From a virus: DNA of 64,000 bases. Below, in pieces: positions 1-10,081 of the stretch; within the stretch, counting starts at the first letter, position 1; every line of letters begins with the position of its first letter. The notes beneath the pieces are model-generated. The model made no database searches, was not told the origin of the DNA, and saw nothing but the letters and a program-made list of their open reading frames with translations. The stretch spans positions 32,001 to 96,000 of IMG/VR virus record IMGVR_UViG_3300025015_000014, one strand, 5' to 3'. The translations under genes and the position numbers were made by a program.

Positions 1-748
1 GTTGAGCTTGCACATCCCCCTGTTGTGCTCTTTGAATGACCCCCTTGGTTTTGGCATCGGGAACCAGTTCGATGATTCGTTCGTCGGTGAAGGGGAAAGA
101 CTCCATCTTCACCTGTTCCGGAGGAAGTACCCGGAGGGCTGTCCAACCTGAGTAGTTCTTCTTGAGCCAGGCTACTGCAACATCGGAGGCATCCTCCTTC
201 TCAATCCAGGTTTCTTTGGCCTCTCCGTCGGTGTCTATCTCCCGCACGGGCCGATGGGTGATCTCTTGAGGCATGTCCGGTGAGGAATCCTCACAGAAAA
301 TGAAAACCTCTCCGAGCAGGAAGTAATCATGGACGATCTCCATGAGTCGGTGTAACAACCCGATTTTCTTGGCCCATTTTTCACAGAACCTCAGAGACTT
401 CTTGGCCAATTCTCGGTCTTTGGCCTCCGGCATCCCCAAACGGATCTTCGAGAGGGGCAGTTCGGTATGCAGATCAATGGCCTGACCGACGAAAGGGTCG
501 TGCTCATAGAAAAACCGGTAGTAGTTCCGTTGTTCGTCTATCGACTGGGGCAGTTCGAGAAAGTCAGTGGAGAGTTCAGGGGAGTAGTAGTTGCCGAAAG
601 CAGCGTTCCCGGCCATGCCCGTAGTAGGGAATGCCACACGGCGCATGGCTGCTGTGATGATCTTGTCAGGCTTACCCGTCTTGACCCCCTTACGAGGAGG
701 GATCTGGGCAACTACCCTGGCTTCATCCGGTGGGTTTGCACGAGCCAT
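1..748 (-). CDS. Probable phage portal protein, N-terminal part (runs off the window edge)
   Basis: Manual translation from ATG at 748 is open to the edge: MARANPPD...YYRFFYEHDPFVGQAIDLHTELPLSKIRL...IVHDYFLLGEVF. Portal-like N-terminal helices, located just downstream of the terminase. Confidence 0.65.
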   Translation of the reverse strand, partial: MARANPPDEARVVAQIPPRKGVKTGKPDKIITAAMRRVAFPTTGMAGNAAFGNYYSPELSTDFLELPQSIDEQRNYYRFFYEHDPFVGQAIDLHTELPLSKIRLGMPEAKDRELAKKSLRFCEKWAKKIGLLHRLMEIVHDYFLLGEVFIFCEDSSPDMPQEITHRPVREIDTDGEAKETWIEKEDASDVAVAWLKKNYSGWTALRVLPPEQVKMESFPFTDERIIELVPDAKTKGVIQRAQQGDVQAQ

Positions 749-757
749 GCTTTACCT

Positions 758-1066
758 CTAGGTTCCCTGAACACGAGATTCTGGGATTGGAGCAACCTTC
801 GTGTCCTCGGGTTGCAGATCCGGGTCGGTCATGTCCAGAGTGGGAACTACCCGGGGCATCTCTAACAACATCTGATGGGTTCTCCGAACAGTTGCCAAGA
901 CCCCTTGAAGTTTCCGGCTACGTGGATCCTGTCCTGGCTCTCTGGAGGCTTGCCGAAGCATCTTGGCCCCCACCTGTTGTGCAGAGCCGAGTTCGGCGAT
1001 AGCCCGGTCAAGATGCCGGAACAGCCCTTGATCCTCGGCGGGCATCATGCGGGTACGAAACCGCAC
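758..1066 (-). CDS. Hypothetical protein
   Basis: ORF tightly packed between neighbours on the coding strand. Confidence 0.55.
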   Translation of the reverse strand: MRFRTRMMPAEDQGLFRHLDRAIAELGSAQQVGAKMLRQASREPGQDPRSRKLQGVLATVRRTHQMLLEMPRVVPTLDMTDPDLQPEDTKVAPIPESRVQGT

Positions 1067-1067
1067 G

Positions 1068-1325
1068 TCAAGCCTCCCAGGTGTAGTGTTTGGTCAAGAG
1101 TCCTTTCTTGAAGGCCGCCTTGATGACTTCCTTCAACTTGGACATATCCGCCGGAGATCCATGAAACAGACGGACCCAGGAACCACCATACCGTAGAAAC
1201 ACATCGGAGATCAGGTTGAACTCCTCAGGGACGGCTTCTGTCTTACCCGCCAGAATCGAGGAATAGAGCTTCTTGATAAGCCGGTGGTCGGCTCGAAGGG
1301 GTTTCCTGGGATCTGGGGTAGCCAT
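1068..1325 (-). CDS. Hypothetical protein
   Basis: GGAGGTGAG RBS before ATG (MATPDPRKP...); packed operon. Confidence 0.6.
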   Translation of the reverse strand: MATPDPRKPLRADHRLIKKLYSSILAGKTEAVPEEFNLISDVFLRYGGSWVRLFHGSPADMSKLKEVIKAAFKKGLLTKHYTWEA

Positions 1326-1326
1326 C

Positions 1327-1713
1327 TCACCTCCACCAATAACAGGCCAAGCCATTGAAAAGCAAATGAATTGTGTTGTCAGCAATGATCAACAGCCACA
1401 CGGTCAACCAGGTAGGTCGGTCGTCGGGGAACCCTGTCTTGGAGCAGTTGGCCCAAGATTGATTTGAGCCAATCCAGTTCCGGAGCCAAACCAGGTAACG
1501 AGCCAACCCCCACCGGTCCATCAGAAAATGGGTGTCCAAGATGATCATCAGAGCGTGTGGCGATTGGGTAACAGCCAGGAAAGGCACGGTATAACAAGCA
1601 CAGTGAATCAGACACCATAGGCTACTGGTCCTCTTACGGAGGGCCATGGTGTCTGACTGAAGTAGGTAATCACCGACAAGATGGGCTACGATCTGGTCCC
1701 CGGTGATGATCAT
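1327..1713 (-). CDS. DUF3307-like membrane protein
   Basis: AHLVGDYLLQ...K, HCACY, THFLMD and DNTIH motifs, with hydrophobic segments. Confidence 0.75.
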   Translation of the reverse strand: MIITGDQIVAHLVGDYLLQSDTMALRKRTSSLWCLIHCACYTVPFLAVTQSPHALMIILDTHFLMDRWGLARYLVWLRNWIGSNQSWANCSKTGFPDDRPTWLTVWLLIIADNTIHLLFNGLACYWWR

Positions 1714-3560
1714 CGTCGCCCTCTGATGTGTCCATGCACAAGCCGGGAGGGCTGTCGGTCAGGGCTTGTTCCATACCCTCGACGATGCAGTAGGTTCCTG
1801 GTCAGAGGTGGGACGACTGTGCCAATTGCTCTGGTGGTTGCCCCGCGTCCTGTGGCTGCATATTTGGGTTGTCCCAGATGTTGACTGGCCAGCCAAACCA
1901 TTCGCACAAGAGCATCCGAACGGTCATCGTGTTTTCCGTCGATCTTTGGAGCAGACACGATGGTCACATACTTGGACTGATACTGTGCCTGAAGCTCTAG
2001 GAGTTCTGCAATGTAGCTACAATGCTTGCCCGGCTCATTTACGGGCAGGGGCCAATCATAGAGAACCAGTCGTCGGTCCCACATCATGTCCTTGAAGTTC
2101 TGGGAAATCTTGGAGTTGAGGGGCTTGGTCATGTGTTCGGACTTCAATGCCCGAAGTCCTCGTTTCTCCAATGCCTGCTCAAATGGGATACCGGCCCATT
2201 GGTCGAACAAGCCATGGGCCAGAAAGAACTTCTTGGAAAGGGACAGGATCCAGTCAGCGACCTCCTCGAAGTCCAGTCTCTCCAACCCGGCGTGCTTTCC
2301 CTCCCCGGCTTTGATCTGGTCCACCAGATCCAACACGACTCGTTGTTCCCCGTCGATATGCCCAATGGCCACAGCCGAGGCGTCATCTACCAGACCCACG
2401 TCAATCCCGATGAAATGAGGGGTTCTGGCTGCTCCTTGGGACACGGGGCGTCTCGAAGCCTCCACACAAGCGATGAGTTCCTGTTCATCAAGCCAGCCAC
2501 AGGTTGCGTCAAGGAACTGTGCCCCGAACTCGGTAAAGAACACCACCGGATCTTTGAGGTAGTTCTTCTCCAGTTCATGAGCCGGAATGGTAGGGTTGAC
2601 TTCCCAGGTTGGAGCCTGAATTGCCAGCATGTTGGCAGAAGCTGGACCCCCAGACATGGCCATCTGGAAGAGCTTGTAGAACATCCCCTGTCTACCCAAG
2701 GGGGACGAGATAGAGATGGTGCGGCCCTCAACATGCCCAATGGGGATTCGGTGATCCTTCGGATCCTTGGGGGAGAAAGTTGCTGTCGAAGGAGTGACTG
2801 CTTTGTAAACAGCCTCAGCCGAAGACTGCCCAGCATCCGTGAAGTGTGCAATCTCGTCCAAAATGACCACAAAGTTACCAGCACCACGGAGTCCTTTGGC
2901 AATACAAGACCGGAACGTGACTTTGAGGGTGGCCTTGGCCGTAGGATCGTCTGCATACCGACCATACCGGACGATGTCCGCCGGGGTCTGAAATCGGGCA
3001 TAGGTTTGGGTGTTGTTAGCCGTGTAGGGGAGAAAGAAACCACAATTTGAGAAATGTCCCGAGGACTCCTGATAGAGCAGCCCCGCCTGGTCTTTGTCTG
3101 TGGCGACCGAGATGATCTGGATGTTGTTCGTGTGTGGGAGTCCATAATACGCTTGCGGACTGCCCTTCAGAATCAGCTTATAGGTCTCATAAGCTGCGAT
3201 GGCTGCTGCCAAAAAGGTCTTCCCCGACCTTCTGCCAATACTGAGAATTAGCTCTGTTCGCTCTTGGCCGGGGATGACTTCTCGAATGTTGGAACGGCCC
3301 TCATCGAACAGATGCCGGAGATAACTGGCCTCCGTGTAGTCTTGGAAGACCTGTTGTCGCCAGTCGGAAATCTTGAAAGTCTCATGGTCGTCCAGGGCCA
3401 GACCATAGTGGGCCTTCAGGATGATCTTCTGGACGGGGAAAAGGCGGATGTCGAGACCCCACGGGGCCTCAATGAACTCAACAACATCCGCGATCCTGGT
3501 GGACCTGGACATAGCCCTGGTGGCTTGCCCTACCGACAGTGCAATGCCACCAAGACCCAT
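1710..3560 (-). CDS. terL: Terminase large subunit
   Basis: Walker A GRRSGKT, Walker B VVILDE, ISSP motif III, RNase H-like nuclease motifs IGIDVG and KHDDRSDA. Confidence 0.93.
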   Translation of the reverse strand: MGLGGIALSVGQATRAMSRSTRIADVVEFIEAPWGLDIRLFPVQKIILKAHYGLALDDHETFKISDWRQQVFQDYTEASYLRHLFDEGRSNIREVIPGQERTELILSIGRRSGKTFLAAAIAAYETYKLILKGSPQAYYGLPHTNNIQIISVATDKDQAGLLYQESSGHFSNCGFFLPYTANNTQTYARFQTPADIVRYGRYADDPTAKATLKVTFRSCIAKGLRGAGNFVVILDEIAHFTDAGQSSAEAVYKAVTPSTATFSPKDPKDHRIPIGHVEGRTISISSPLGRQGMFYKLFQMAMSGGPASANMLAIQAPTWEVNPTIPAHELEKNYLKDPVVFFTEFGAQFLDATCGWLDEQELIACVEASRRPVSQGAARTPHFIGIDVGLVDDASAVAIGHIDGEQRVVLDLVDQIKAGEGKHAGLERLDFEEVADWILSLSKKFFLAHGLFDQWAGIPFEQALEKRGLRALKSEHMTKPLNSKISQNFKDMMWDRRLVLYDWPLPVNEPGKHCSYIAELLELQAQYQSKYVTIVSAPKIDGKHDDRSDALVRMVWLASQHLGQPKYAATGRGATTRAIGTVVPPLTRNLLHRRGYGTSPDRQPSRLVHGHIRGRR

Positions 3561-3564
3561 AGAC

Positions 3565-4239
3565 TTAGCTCACATTCTTGAGCCGATTCTTGGCTTCGTT
3601 ATCCCAGTCATCATTGAACATCTGAGCAGCCTTGGCCATCACCGTCTCAATCATTTCTGCGGACATACCGCTGCCGTTCATGGCCTCTTGGATGGTTTCT
3701 AGTATGAACCGGAACACAGACTTGAAGCCTGGGGATTGAAGGTCCAAATCACGGGAGGCTATCTGTTCTTTTCGTCGGAGCCATGTATCACTCAAGGTTT
3801 TCAATGCCGAGATCCGTTTGACTGAGATGTTCGACGGGTCTTGCCCAGCCCGTTCTGCTTCTTCCCGCTCAAACTTCAGGCTGGCAGCTTCTTCCCCCAC
3901 GGCCAGAACGACCTGTTGAAGTAGGTCGGAGGACTCAGGATCTCTCCGAGCAACTTCAAGGATGGGATCCACCTGAATGGTCTCGGCCCTACGTTTCATG
4001 ATGGCAGCCACAATGGGCGTGGCCGGAGTCAACACCGGATCTTTTCGACGCCCCGGTGCGGACCTCATCACAATGGGAGTGCCATCCTTCTTGGTTTGGA
4101 TCTCATCTGAGTCCAGGATTTCTTCCCGAGTCCGATAGACCCCCTGTCCCTTTTCATCCTTGACCTTGATGCGGCTTGCCCAAACAGGAACCTTGGCCAG
4201 AAGGGCTGCCTGAATCGTGCTGCTTCTGAGTCGGCCCAC
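3565..4239 (-). CDS. Hypothetical helical protein, possible terminase small subunit
   Basis: Immediately upstream of terL and helical; function inferred from position only. Confidence 0.4.
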   Translation of the reverse strand: MGRLRSSTIQAALLAKVPVWASRIKVKDEKGQGVYRTREEILDSDEIQTKKDGTPIVMRSAPGRRKDPVLTPATPIVAAIMKRRAETIQVDPILEVARRDPESSDLLQQVVLAVGEEAASLKFEREEAERAGQDPSNISVKRISALKTLSDTWLRRKEQIASRDLDLQSPGFKSVFRFILETIQEAMNGSGMSAEMIETVMAKAAQMFNDDWDNEAKNRLKNVS

Positions 4240-4249
4240 AGCCGTCTCC

Positions 4250-4789
4250 TTATGGTGTGATCACTGGTGATCCCACCTGCGGAACCCCTGTGGTTAGAGT
4301 ACCACCAGTGGGCACCAAGGGAGTGAAATTCGTGACCAGAGCCGAGGTATGCCAGACCCTGAAGGGTACTTCAACCTGCGGGGAGTCATAGGTGATACTC
4401 ACCACGGCTAAAACAGCCACCGCCTGGAACCCCGGCAAACGAGAAATGGCCGCTGCTAGGGCCGTTGCTGTCTGATTGACCCCAACCCCAGGAGTGAAGT
4501 CGATGCTGCTGATCAAGGTATACTCACCCAGAATCACATGGGCCGGAAGTGTGAAATTGTTGTTGGCTACCGTGAGGCTACCTGTTTGACCCACAACCCC
4601 AGTAGCAGGAACCGTCATCAGGGCTTGCAACCCCCGCCGCCCCTCTCGACGAATACGCCCCATCCGAACCGAAGTACGAAGGGGAATGGGATGGGCAATC
4701 GGCCAGATGCTGGCTGGGTCCGACCCGTTGGCATAGACGCCCACAGGCATTGTGAACCCCCGGCCATGCTGATAGGTCTTACGCAACAT
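4250..4789 (-). CDS. Putative virion structural protein
   Basis: T/V/G/A-rich, beta-type composition, in the structural region. Confidence 0.5.
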   Translation of the reverse strand: MLRKTYQHGRGFTMPVGVYANGSDPASIWPIAHPIPLRTSVRMGRIRREGRRGLQALMTVPATGVVGQTGSLTVANNNFTLPAHVILGEYTLISSIDFTPGVGVNQTATALAAAISRLPGFQAVAVLAVVSITYDSPQVEVPFRVWHTSALVTNFTPLVPTGGTLTTGVPQVGSPVITP

Positions 4790-4928
4790 GCCTAAACCTC
4801 GCTGAGGGTACGGGCTGAAAACAATCGTAACCCAGTTGTCTCGGAACGTTGCCGTACTACAAGGTCCACAAAATTAGTTGACCTTTGTAGAATCCCAGCA
4901 CGAACCGCAAAAGGCCCGTAAGATTCCA

Positions 4929-5258
4929 TTAATCTTTCACCCGTTTACCTGGGCCGTCCCAAGTACCCTCGGTAACTTCAATGGCCCCATCCCAAAAACC
5001 GCCACGGATTTTGGCAGTCCCTGATATACGACAGTCGCCAGACACACGGGCACGGCCAGAAACCTCGGCATTGTCAAACACCTCGGCGTCGTCAGACACC
5101 CAGGCATCGTCAGACACCTTGGCTTTATCCCGCACACGGGGATTTTTAGGGGCGGCAGAATCTAGGGATTCTTCGGCGGCTTGACGAAGAAGAGGAATCA
5201 GATGCCGTCGAAGTTCAGGATGATCGTGAGCTAGTTTGAGAACTTGATTGCGTAACAT
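4929..5258 (-). CDS. Tagged protein with hexapeptide-repeat (left-handed beta-helix) domain
   Basis: N-terminal LRNQVLKLAHDHPELRRHLIPLLRQAA tag, then AKVSDD-AWVSDD-AEVFDN-AEVSGR-ARVSGD-CRISGT repeats. Confidence 0.7.
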   Translation of the reverse strand: MLRNQVLKLAHDHPELRRHLIPLLRQAAEESLDSAAPKNPRVRDKAKVSDDAWVSDDAEVFDNAEVSGRARVSGDCRISGTAKIRGGFWDGAIEVTEGTWDGPGKRVKD

Positions 5259-5275
5259 CAAAATCCCCCAGACGC

Positions 5276-5641
5276 TCATTTGCATCTCTGCACACAGTTT
5301 TGATAGTCATCCTGATTATGGTAGGCCGGGTTGTCCTGACAATCATGCACACAGTCTAAGTTCTTCTTGTCTGCGGCTTCTTGTTCGGGAGTCTTCGGAA
5401 CCTTGGGGGCTTTTTCCTCGCCCTTTGGTTTCTCTGGGGCTTTTTCCTCGCCTTTGGCCTTCTCAACCAAACTCTCCGGGGGCTTCTTCGAATCCGGGTG
5501 CTCTTTCTTGTATGCCTCCCAGAGTTTTTTCAGCCGGTCCTTGAAGCCCGCATCCTTGCGTAGCAACGGCACAAGATGACGCCGCAATTCCGGAACAGCA
5601 TGAGCCAACTTGATAACCCGACTACGTAGATCCGACATCAA
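5276..5641 (-). CDS. Tagged, charged small protein
   Basis: N-terminal LRSRVIKLAHAVPELRRHLVPLLRKDA tag; LWEAYKKEHPDSKKPPESL module shared with the 1762-aa protein; KGEEKAP repeat. Confidence 0.7.
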   Translation of the reverse strand: MMSDLRSRVIKLAHAVPELRRHLVPLLRKDAGFKDRLKKLWEAYKKEHPDSKKPPESLVEKAKGEEKAPEKPKGEEKAPKVPKTPEQEAADKKNLDCVHDCQDNPAYHNQDDYQNCVQRCK

Positions 5642-7827
5642 GACACCTCCATTCCGCCAAAAAGTACATCCCCAAGTTCCTCGTTAGAGGTACTCCCGGT
5701 TGTGATGTTATCGAGATCTGTGTTCCCCAGCTTGAACTCAGCGGGGTCAAACAAAGAAGCTGTCACTTCGGCATCCGACGCATTGGCCAAACGAATTGCC
5801 TCAGTCTGATAGACCTTTGGATCCTTGATGGGTGGGCTTGCGACCAGCCGCTTGTTGTATGCCTGACAGAACCCGTGGGCATTCTTCAGAGAACACGACT
5901 CACATCTATCCAGAGCCAACACGGTCTTGAGAGCATTCCCTCGATGCTTCAGGGCACCTTTATCACAACCGGTTATCCCGGCAGAAGAAACATAGGCTCC
6001 GGCATCCACATAGAGATGTCCGGACAAACCCTCATGTTGCCGACGGAGACTTGTCAGAATCTTGGCCCCGGCTGTCAACAGGGGCTTGGCAAATCGGGCC
6101 GCCAGGAGTTCATCGAAATCCCGACCCACAACCCCTTCGCTCATCTGTTGCCGTGCCCACCGGGCCATCCGTCGAAACTCTATAGCTGGGATTCCAGACC
6201 CCTGAGCCGCTGCCAGAAATCTCCGTTCCTCTGGGGGCAGATCAGTCACAGCCCGTCGAATCTGTGGGGCTGCCTCTTGAGTTGGCCCGACATACTCCGC
6301 AGTTTTGACTACTGGCAGAGCCACCTTTCGACGTTCTCGGGCTACTTGGACAGCAGCAACCGTGATTCGTTCGATCTCTGCCGCTGTCTTGCCAAGTTTC
6401 ACGATCCGTTGAGCTTCCGTTTTTGTGAGGCTTCCAGCCTTCACATGTCGGGCCAGAGCAACCATCGCCCGTTTCCGTTGGGCTGCCTCTACCTCTACCT
6501 GTTTCTCCTCGCCAGACTGGGGTTCCGGCTTCGGAGCTTCCTTGGCCCCTATTCCAACCCCGGCATAGACGGTGGTTGAATCGTGAGACGCAACTATTGC
6601 GGCAGCCTTCTTGGCCAGCAAAACTGGCTCGGCGATTGCAGCAGCTAGTTTTTGGGCTACGTCCCGTTGCAGACGACCCTCTTTGACCCAGCGGGCCATA
6701 ACCAACAGAACCTGCCGCCGTTTACCAGATACCGCCTTTTCCTCGGCCGTCTTGGGGGTCTCAACCGGAGCCTGTGGGGGCTGCTCCCGAGTGGCTTGTA
6801 CCTCGGGTTTCTCGACGGGTTGGAAGATGGAAGGGGGTAGCTTCTGAACCGGCTCAGACAGGAAGGCTGCCTTGAGCACGGCTTTTGGTTCCCCGGTAAA
6901 GACCTTGAAGCCCGCAGCCCGGAGGCGTCCTGTGTAGAAAGACAGGGCCTTCTTCCAAGGAACTTCCTGTACGGCTTCCATTGAGAGCTTGGGAGCAAGA
7001 GTGGGATCCTCTGTAATGACGTACCGAGCCGTTCGACAACCCCGTTTGACCTCTTGTACCCATTGCCCGTTCTTGAGTCCGGGGAACACGGAAGCCCGGA
7101 CAAATACCCGACCAGCAAGCCCGTGTTCGGCGACCAGACGTTTCCAGACCCCCTGGACCTTCCGGAAATCAGAACCCACGCTCTGTTTCAGTTCAGCCTC
7201 AATGCGTCGAAGGTCGTGTCCGAAATGGGATCGTCGCATCGCCCGATACACGGCGGCCTGAAGTTCCTCTGCCGTTCTTGCTCCTGGCAACCCAGACTTC
7301 GGCCCCCCTTCCTCTTCCAGGGTTTTCTCGTAGTCTGCAATCTCCTTGTCCTTGTTGGGCATCAAATGAATGCCGTCGGTCTGAGAACGACCCCAGGCTT
7401 TCTCCAGAGCTTGTTCTGTTGGTGATGGCGGCGGCAAAGCCACGTTCGGGTTATGAGGGAGTCGGTCTGGATCCTGTTCCTGAGTGGGATCTAACCAGGA
7501 TAGATCAATGACCCCAGCCTCTTTTGGAAGTGCCCCCTCATCTTCAGAAAGCATCTCGGCCAAGTCCGGGCCGATGTCATCCTCAGTCAGTTCGGCGAGA
7601 TCTAAGGGTTCTTCTGTTTCGGTCACAATGCCATCGGGAAGTCCGGACAACCCCTTGGTTTCGGGCAACCGGGCTGAATCCAACACCCCTTCGTTCATCG
7701 TCTGGTCGAACTGCCAACCATCAAGGCCGAAGTTCGAGCCATTCGTGAAGGTCACATCATCCTCGGGAAGAACAGATTCCCCGAGAAGGTTGGCAACCCA
7801 GTTGTCTCCTTGACGCTTGTTGGACAT
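5638..7827 (-). CDS. Large hypothetical protein (acidic N-terminus, Cys cluster near the C-terminus), probably head-associated
   Basis: About 730-aa ORF in the structural block; CESC...C motif near the C-terminus. Confidence 0.6.
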   Translation of the reverse strand: MSNKRQGDNWVANLLGESVLPEDDVTFTNGSNFGLDGWQFDQTMNEGVLDSARLPETKGLSGLPDGIVTETEEPLDLAELTEDDIGPDLAEMLSEDEGALPKEAGVIDLSWLDPTQEQDPDRLPHNPNVALPPPSPTEQALEKAWGRSQTDGIHLMPNKDKEIADYEKTLEEEGGPKSGLPGARTAEELQAAVYRAMRRSHFGHDLRRIEAELKQSVGSDFRKVQGVWKRLVAEHGLAGRVFVRASVFPGLKNGQWVQEVKRGCRTARYVITEDPTLAPKLSMEAVQEVPWKKALSFYTGRLRAAGFKVFTGEPKAVLKAAFLSEPVQKLPPSIFQPVEKPEVQATREQPPQAPVETPKTAEEKAVSGKRRQVLLVMARWVKEGRLQRDVAQKLAAAIAEPVLLAKKAAAIVASHDSTTVYAGVGIGAKEAPKPEPQSGEEKQVEVEAAQRKRAMVALARHVKAGSLTKTEAQRIVKLGKTAAEIERITVAAVQVARERRKVALPVVKTAEYVGPTQEAAPQIRRAVTDLPPEERRFLAAAQGSGIPAIEFRRMARWARQQMSEGVVGRDFDELLAARFAKPLLTAGAKILTSLRRQHEGLSGHLYVDAGAYVSSAGITGCDKGALKHRGNALKTVLALDRCESCSLKNAHGFCQAYNKRLVASPPIKDPKVYQTEAIRLANASDAEVTASLFDPAEFKLGNTDLDNITTGSTSNEELGDVLFGGMEVS

Positions 7828-8477
7828 TATCGGCTCCTTGCCTGATGGCGGGCCGCCACCCTCAACACCAACGGATCGGCACAACCCGTTGATGCCTGTT
7901 TCATCCGACTGGCCTTCTTACCCTGTTGTTCCTCATCCATCTCGGCTTCTTCGCCCTCGGCCCAATCCTCGGGATCTGCCTTGATTTCTTCCACGTCCTC
8001 CATGATCTCCTGAACCTGTTCCCGCTCCCTGGGCTGATCGGTCACATGTTCTGACGACCAATGGGGAGCATGGATCTCATCATAGAGGGTGTCGGACAAA
8101 GAGGAAAGAGCCTCCACCACGTTCATGAAAGCCCGTCGCATCTCGGCAATCTTCTGAATGTAGCCTCGGCCGCCCAAGTTCCCATCAGGACTAAGGGCTG
8201 CTGATTTCAACCGAGTAAAAGAATCATAGGCCGACAAAGCATGTCCCATGGACATCAAGGTAGAACGCAAGGTTCTGGCTAAGGGTTGGAGTTTCCGGGC
8301 ATCAAACTTGAAGTCCGGATCCATCTTCCGTTTCTCTGGCCCAGGAACACCCCAGCCCCAGTTCTTGTCATCGGATCCCCGGTCCTTGATGAAACGAACT
8401 TCGCCAGCCGTTTTCACTCGCTGGGATCGAACAGCCACTCGGGCTATCAAGCTGTCATTCCGGGTTTTGTGACTCAT
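7827..8477 (-). CDS. Hypothetical protein with two RVAxR tags
   Basis: SLIARVAVRSQRVKTA at the N-terminus, LVLRVAARHQAR at the C-terminus. Confidence 0.65.
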   Translation of the reverse strand: MSHKTRNDSLIARVAVRSQRVKTAGEVRFIKDRGSDDKNWGWGVPGPEKRKMDPDFKFDARKLQPLARTLRSTLMSMGHALSAYDSFTRLKSAALSPDGNLGGRGYIQKIAEMRRAFMNVVEALSSLSDTLYDEIHAPHWSSEHVTDQPREREQVQEIMEDVEEIKADPEDWAEGEEAEMDEEQQGKKASRMKQASTGCADPLVLRVAARHQARSR

Positions 8478-8520
8478 CTCTCCCACCCAAAGACCCCATT
8501 GTATAGGCCGATAACCAGAC

Positions 8521-9384
8521 TTACCCCCCTGCCAAGGTCTCAGCCTGGGGCACCCCAAAGTCTTTCTCCAGGTTCACCGAATCGAAATGGAACCGTCGTC
8601 CATCCCAGATCAAGTACCGATGGCCAATCAAGTACAGGAGTCGGGCTATAATGGCTGCCGGAAACAGGGTGAACGTCCCGAGATGCAGGGCATTCATCAA
8701 GGCTCCGATGGCTGAACTGGGAAGAGACCCCAACAAATCAACCAAAGCAATGTGTCCAGTCATGGCATCTGTCAGGCTCTTCACATCCCACTCGAACTCC
8801 ACGACGTTGAACCAAACCCAGATGTAGATAGCAGCCATCAACACCGTGGAGACCACCGGGAGATGTTCCCGAAGCCACTGGTCGAACTGATCCACCTTGG
8901 CTTTGGCATGAGTGCGTAACCAACGGTCAAAAGCCGGGTACTTCTTGACCAACTTGTCCAGAAGGTCATTCACACTGAAGACCTTGCCCTTCTCCAGGGT
9001 GTAGATCTTCAGAGGCCAGGTCTCAAAAGCCTTCTCCAACAGACCCCGAAGATACCTGTAGCCCTTCTGAGCCAACTCCTTGATCGCCTTGGGGATGTCC
9101 CAGAGAGACTCGATGCCTATGAGACTCTTGAACTTCTCCCATAGTTGCGGGGCTTTCTTGAAAAGGTCGGTCAGTTGCTTGAGCTTCTGGATCAGACCCG
9201 CCACATGGATTTGGCCTGAGTGTGTTGGGAGGTAGAATCCCTCAACGAAGGCTTCTACCACACGGGGGGTCAGATCGTGGAGGGTTGCCCCTCGGGTTCT
9301 GAAGGCTGGGGTCTCACAGGCTTGTCGAACAGCGAGCCTGATGAGATACCGATCAGCAACCCTTTGAGCCAGATCCTGCATCAA
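8521..9384 (-). CDS. Hypothetical protein with hydrophobic C-terminal segments and an RVAxR tag
   Basis: DLAQRVADRYLIRLA at the N-terminus; hydrophobic VLMAAIYIWVWF segment. Confidence 0.65.
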   Translation of the reverse strand: MMQDLAQRVADRYLIRLAVRQACETPAFRTRGATLHDLTPRVVEAFVEGFYLPTHSGQIHVAGLIQKLKQLTDLFKKAPQLWEKFKSLIGIESLWDIPKAIKELAQKGYRYLRGLLEKAFETWPLKIYTLEKGKVFSVNDLLDKLVKKYPAFDRWLRTHAKAKVDQFDQWLREHLPVVSTVLMAAIYIWVWFNVVEFEWDVKSLTDAMTGHIALVDLLGSLPSSAIGALMNALHLGTFTLFPAAIIARLLYLIGHRYLIWDGRRFHFDSVNLEKDFGVPQAETLAGG

Positions 9385-10055
9385 AAACCCCTCGTCTCCG
9401 CCTCTGTTCCCCTAGCCTCAGCCTGTGTCTCATCAGACATGGAAAAGCGTCGTCTCGCTGCTTCGCGGGCCGACTGGGACATTTTCTGCCGAGTGGCTTC
9501 CGAAACTGGCGGACGATGAAGGGCATATTCCCGCATCTTCTGTTTGGCTTCCTCTGTATGGGGCCTCCCCACAGGAGCAGGTCGTCCCGCAAAAGCCTTC
9601 TGCATTTTCTCTCTATGCCCTGGGGTAGCCCAAAGAGACCTGGCTTTCTGTGCAGCCTCCTGCCGAAGAGTCCCGTCTTGCCACCGACGGGTCTGAACCT
9701 CGTGTAGATTTAGTCGCTGTTCTGTCGTTCGGGTCTTGCCCTTTAAAGCTGCCGACAACCTCTGCCGATAAACCGGATCTTGAGCACGTTTCTGAGCTAC
9801 TTGGCACATCAAACCTCTTGATGTAGGGCTTCGCTTTTTACCTTTGCTCAAACGAGACATCAAAGCCTTGAACTCCGAAGAGATGGCCTCTTGGTATGTC
9901 TTATCTTCATGGCAATTTGCACAAATAAGCTGCCTGTTCTCGGCCTCATCTGACCCCCCTTGCCACTTTGGGACAACATGATCCCAGTGTAAAGAGGTCC
10001 GCCAACAACCACACTTGGTACAATTTCCACTCGGACGCTTGCGAGTCTTAGTCAT
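9381..10055 (-). CDS. HNH homing endonuclease with NUMOD3-like repeats
   Basis: CTKC...LHWDHVVPKWQGG...ENRQLICANCH; repeats HTEEAKQKM and VSEATRQKMS. Confidence 0.88.
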   Translation of the reverse strand: MTKTRKRPSGNCTKCGCWRTSLHWDHVVPKWQGGSDEAENRQLICANCHEDKTYQEAISSEFKALMSRLSKGKKRSPTSRGLMCQVAQKRAQDPVYRQRLSAALKGKTRTTEQRLNLHEVQTRRWQDGTLRQEAAQKARSLWATPGHREKMQKAFAGRPAPVGRPHTEEAKQKMREYALHRPPVSEATRQKMSQSAREAARRRFSMSDETQAEARGTEAETRGF

Positions 10056-10081
10056 GGCTTCAGTATAACAGATCAAGCCCA

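Noticed and set aside
2022-3050. Long + strand ORFs opposite real genes (for example 2022-3050, 5875-6579, 48158-48979)
   Set aside because: Antisense shadows of GC-rich coding sequence with no recognisable motifs.
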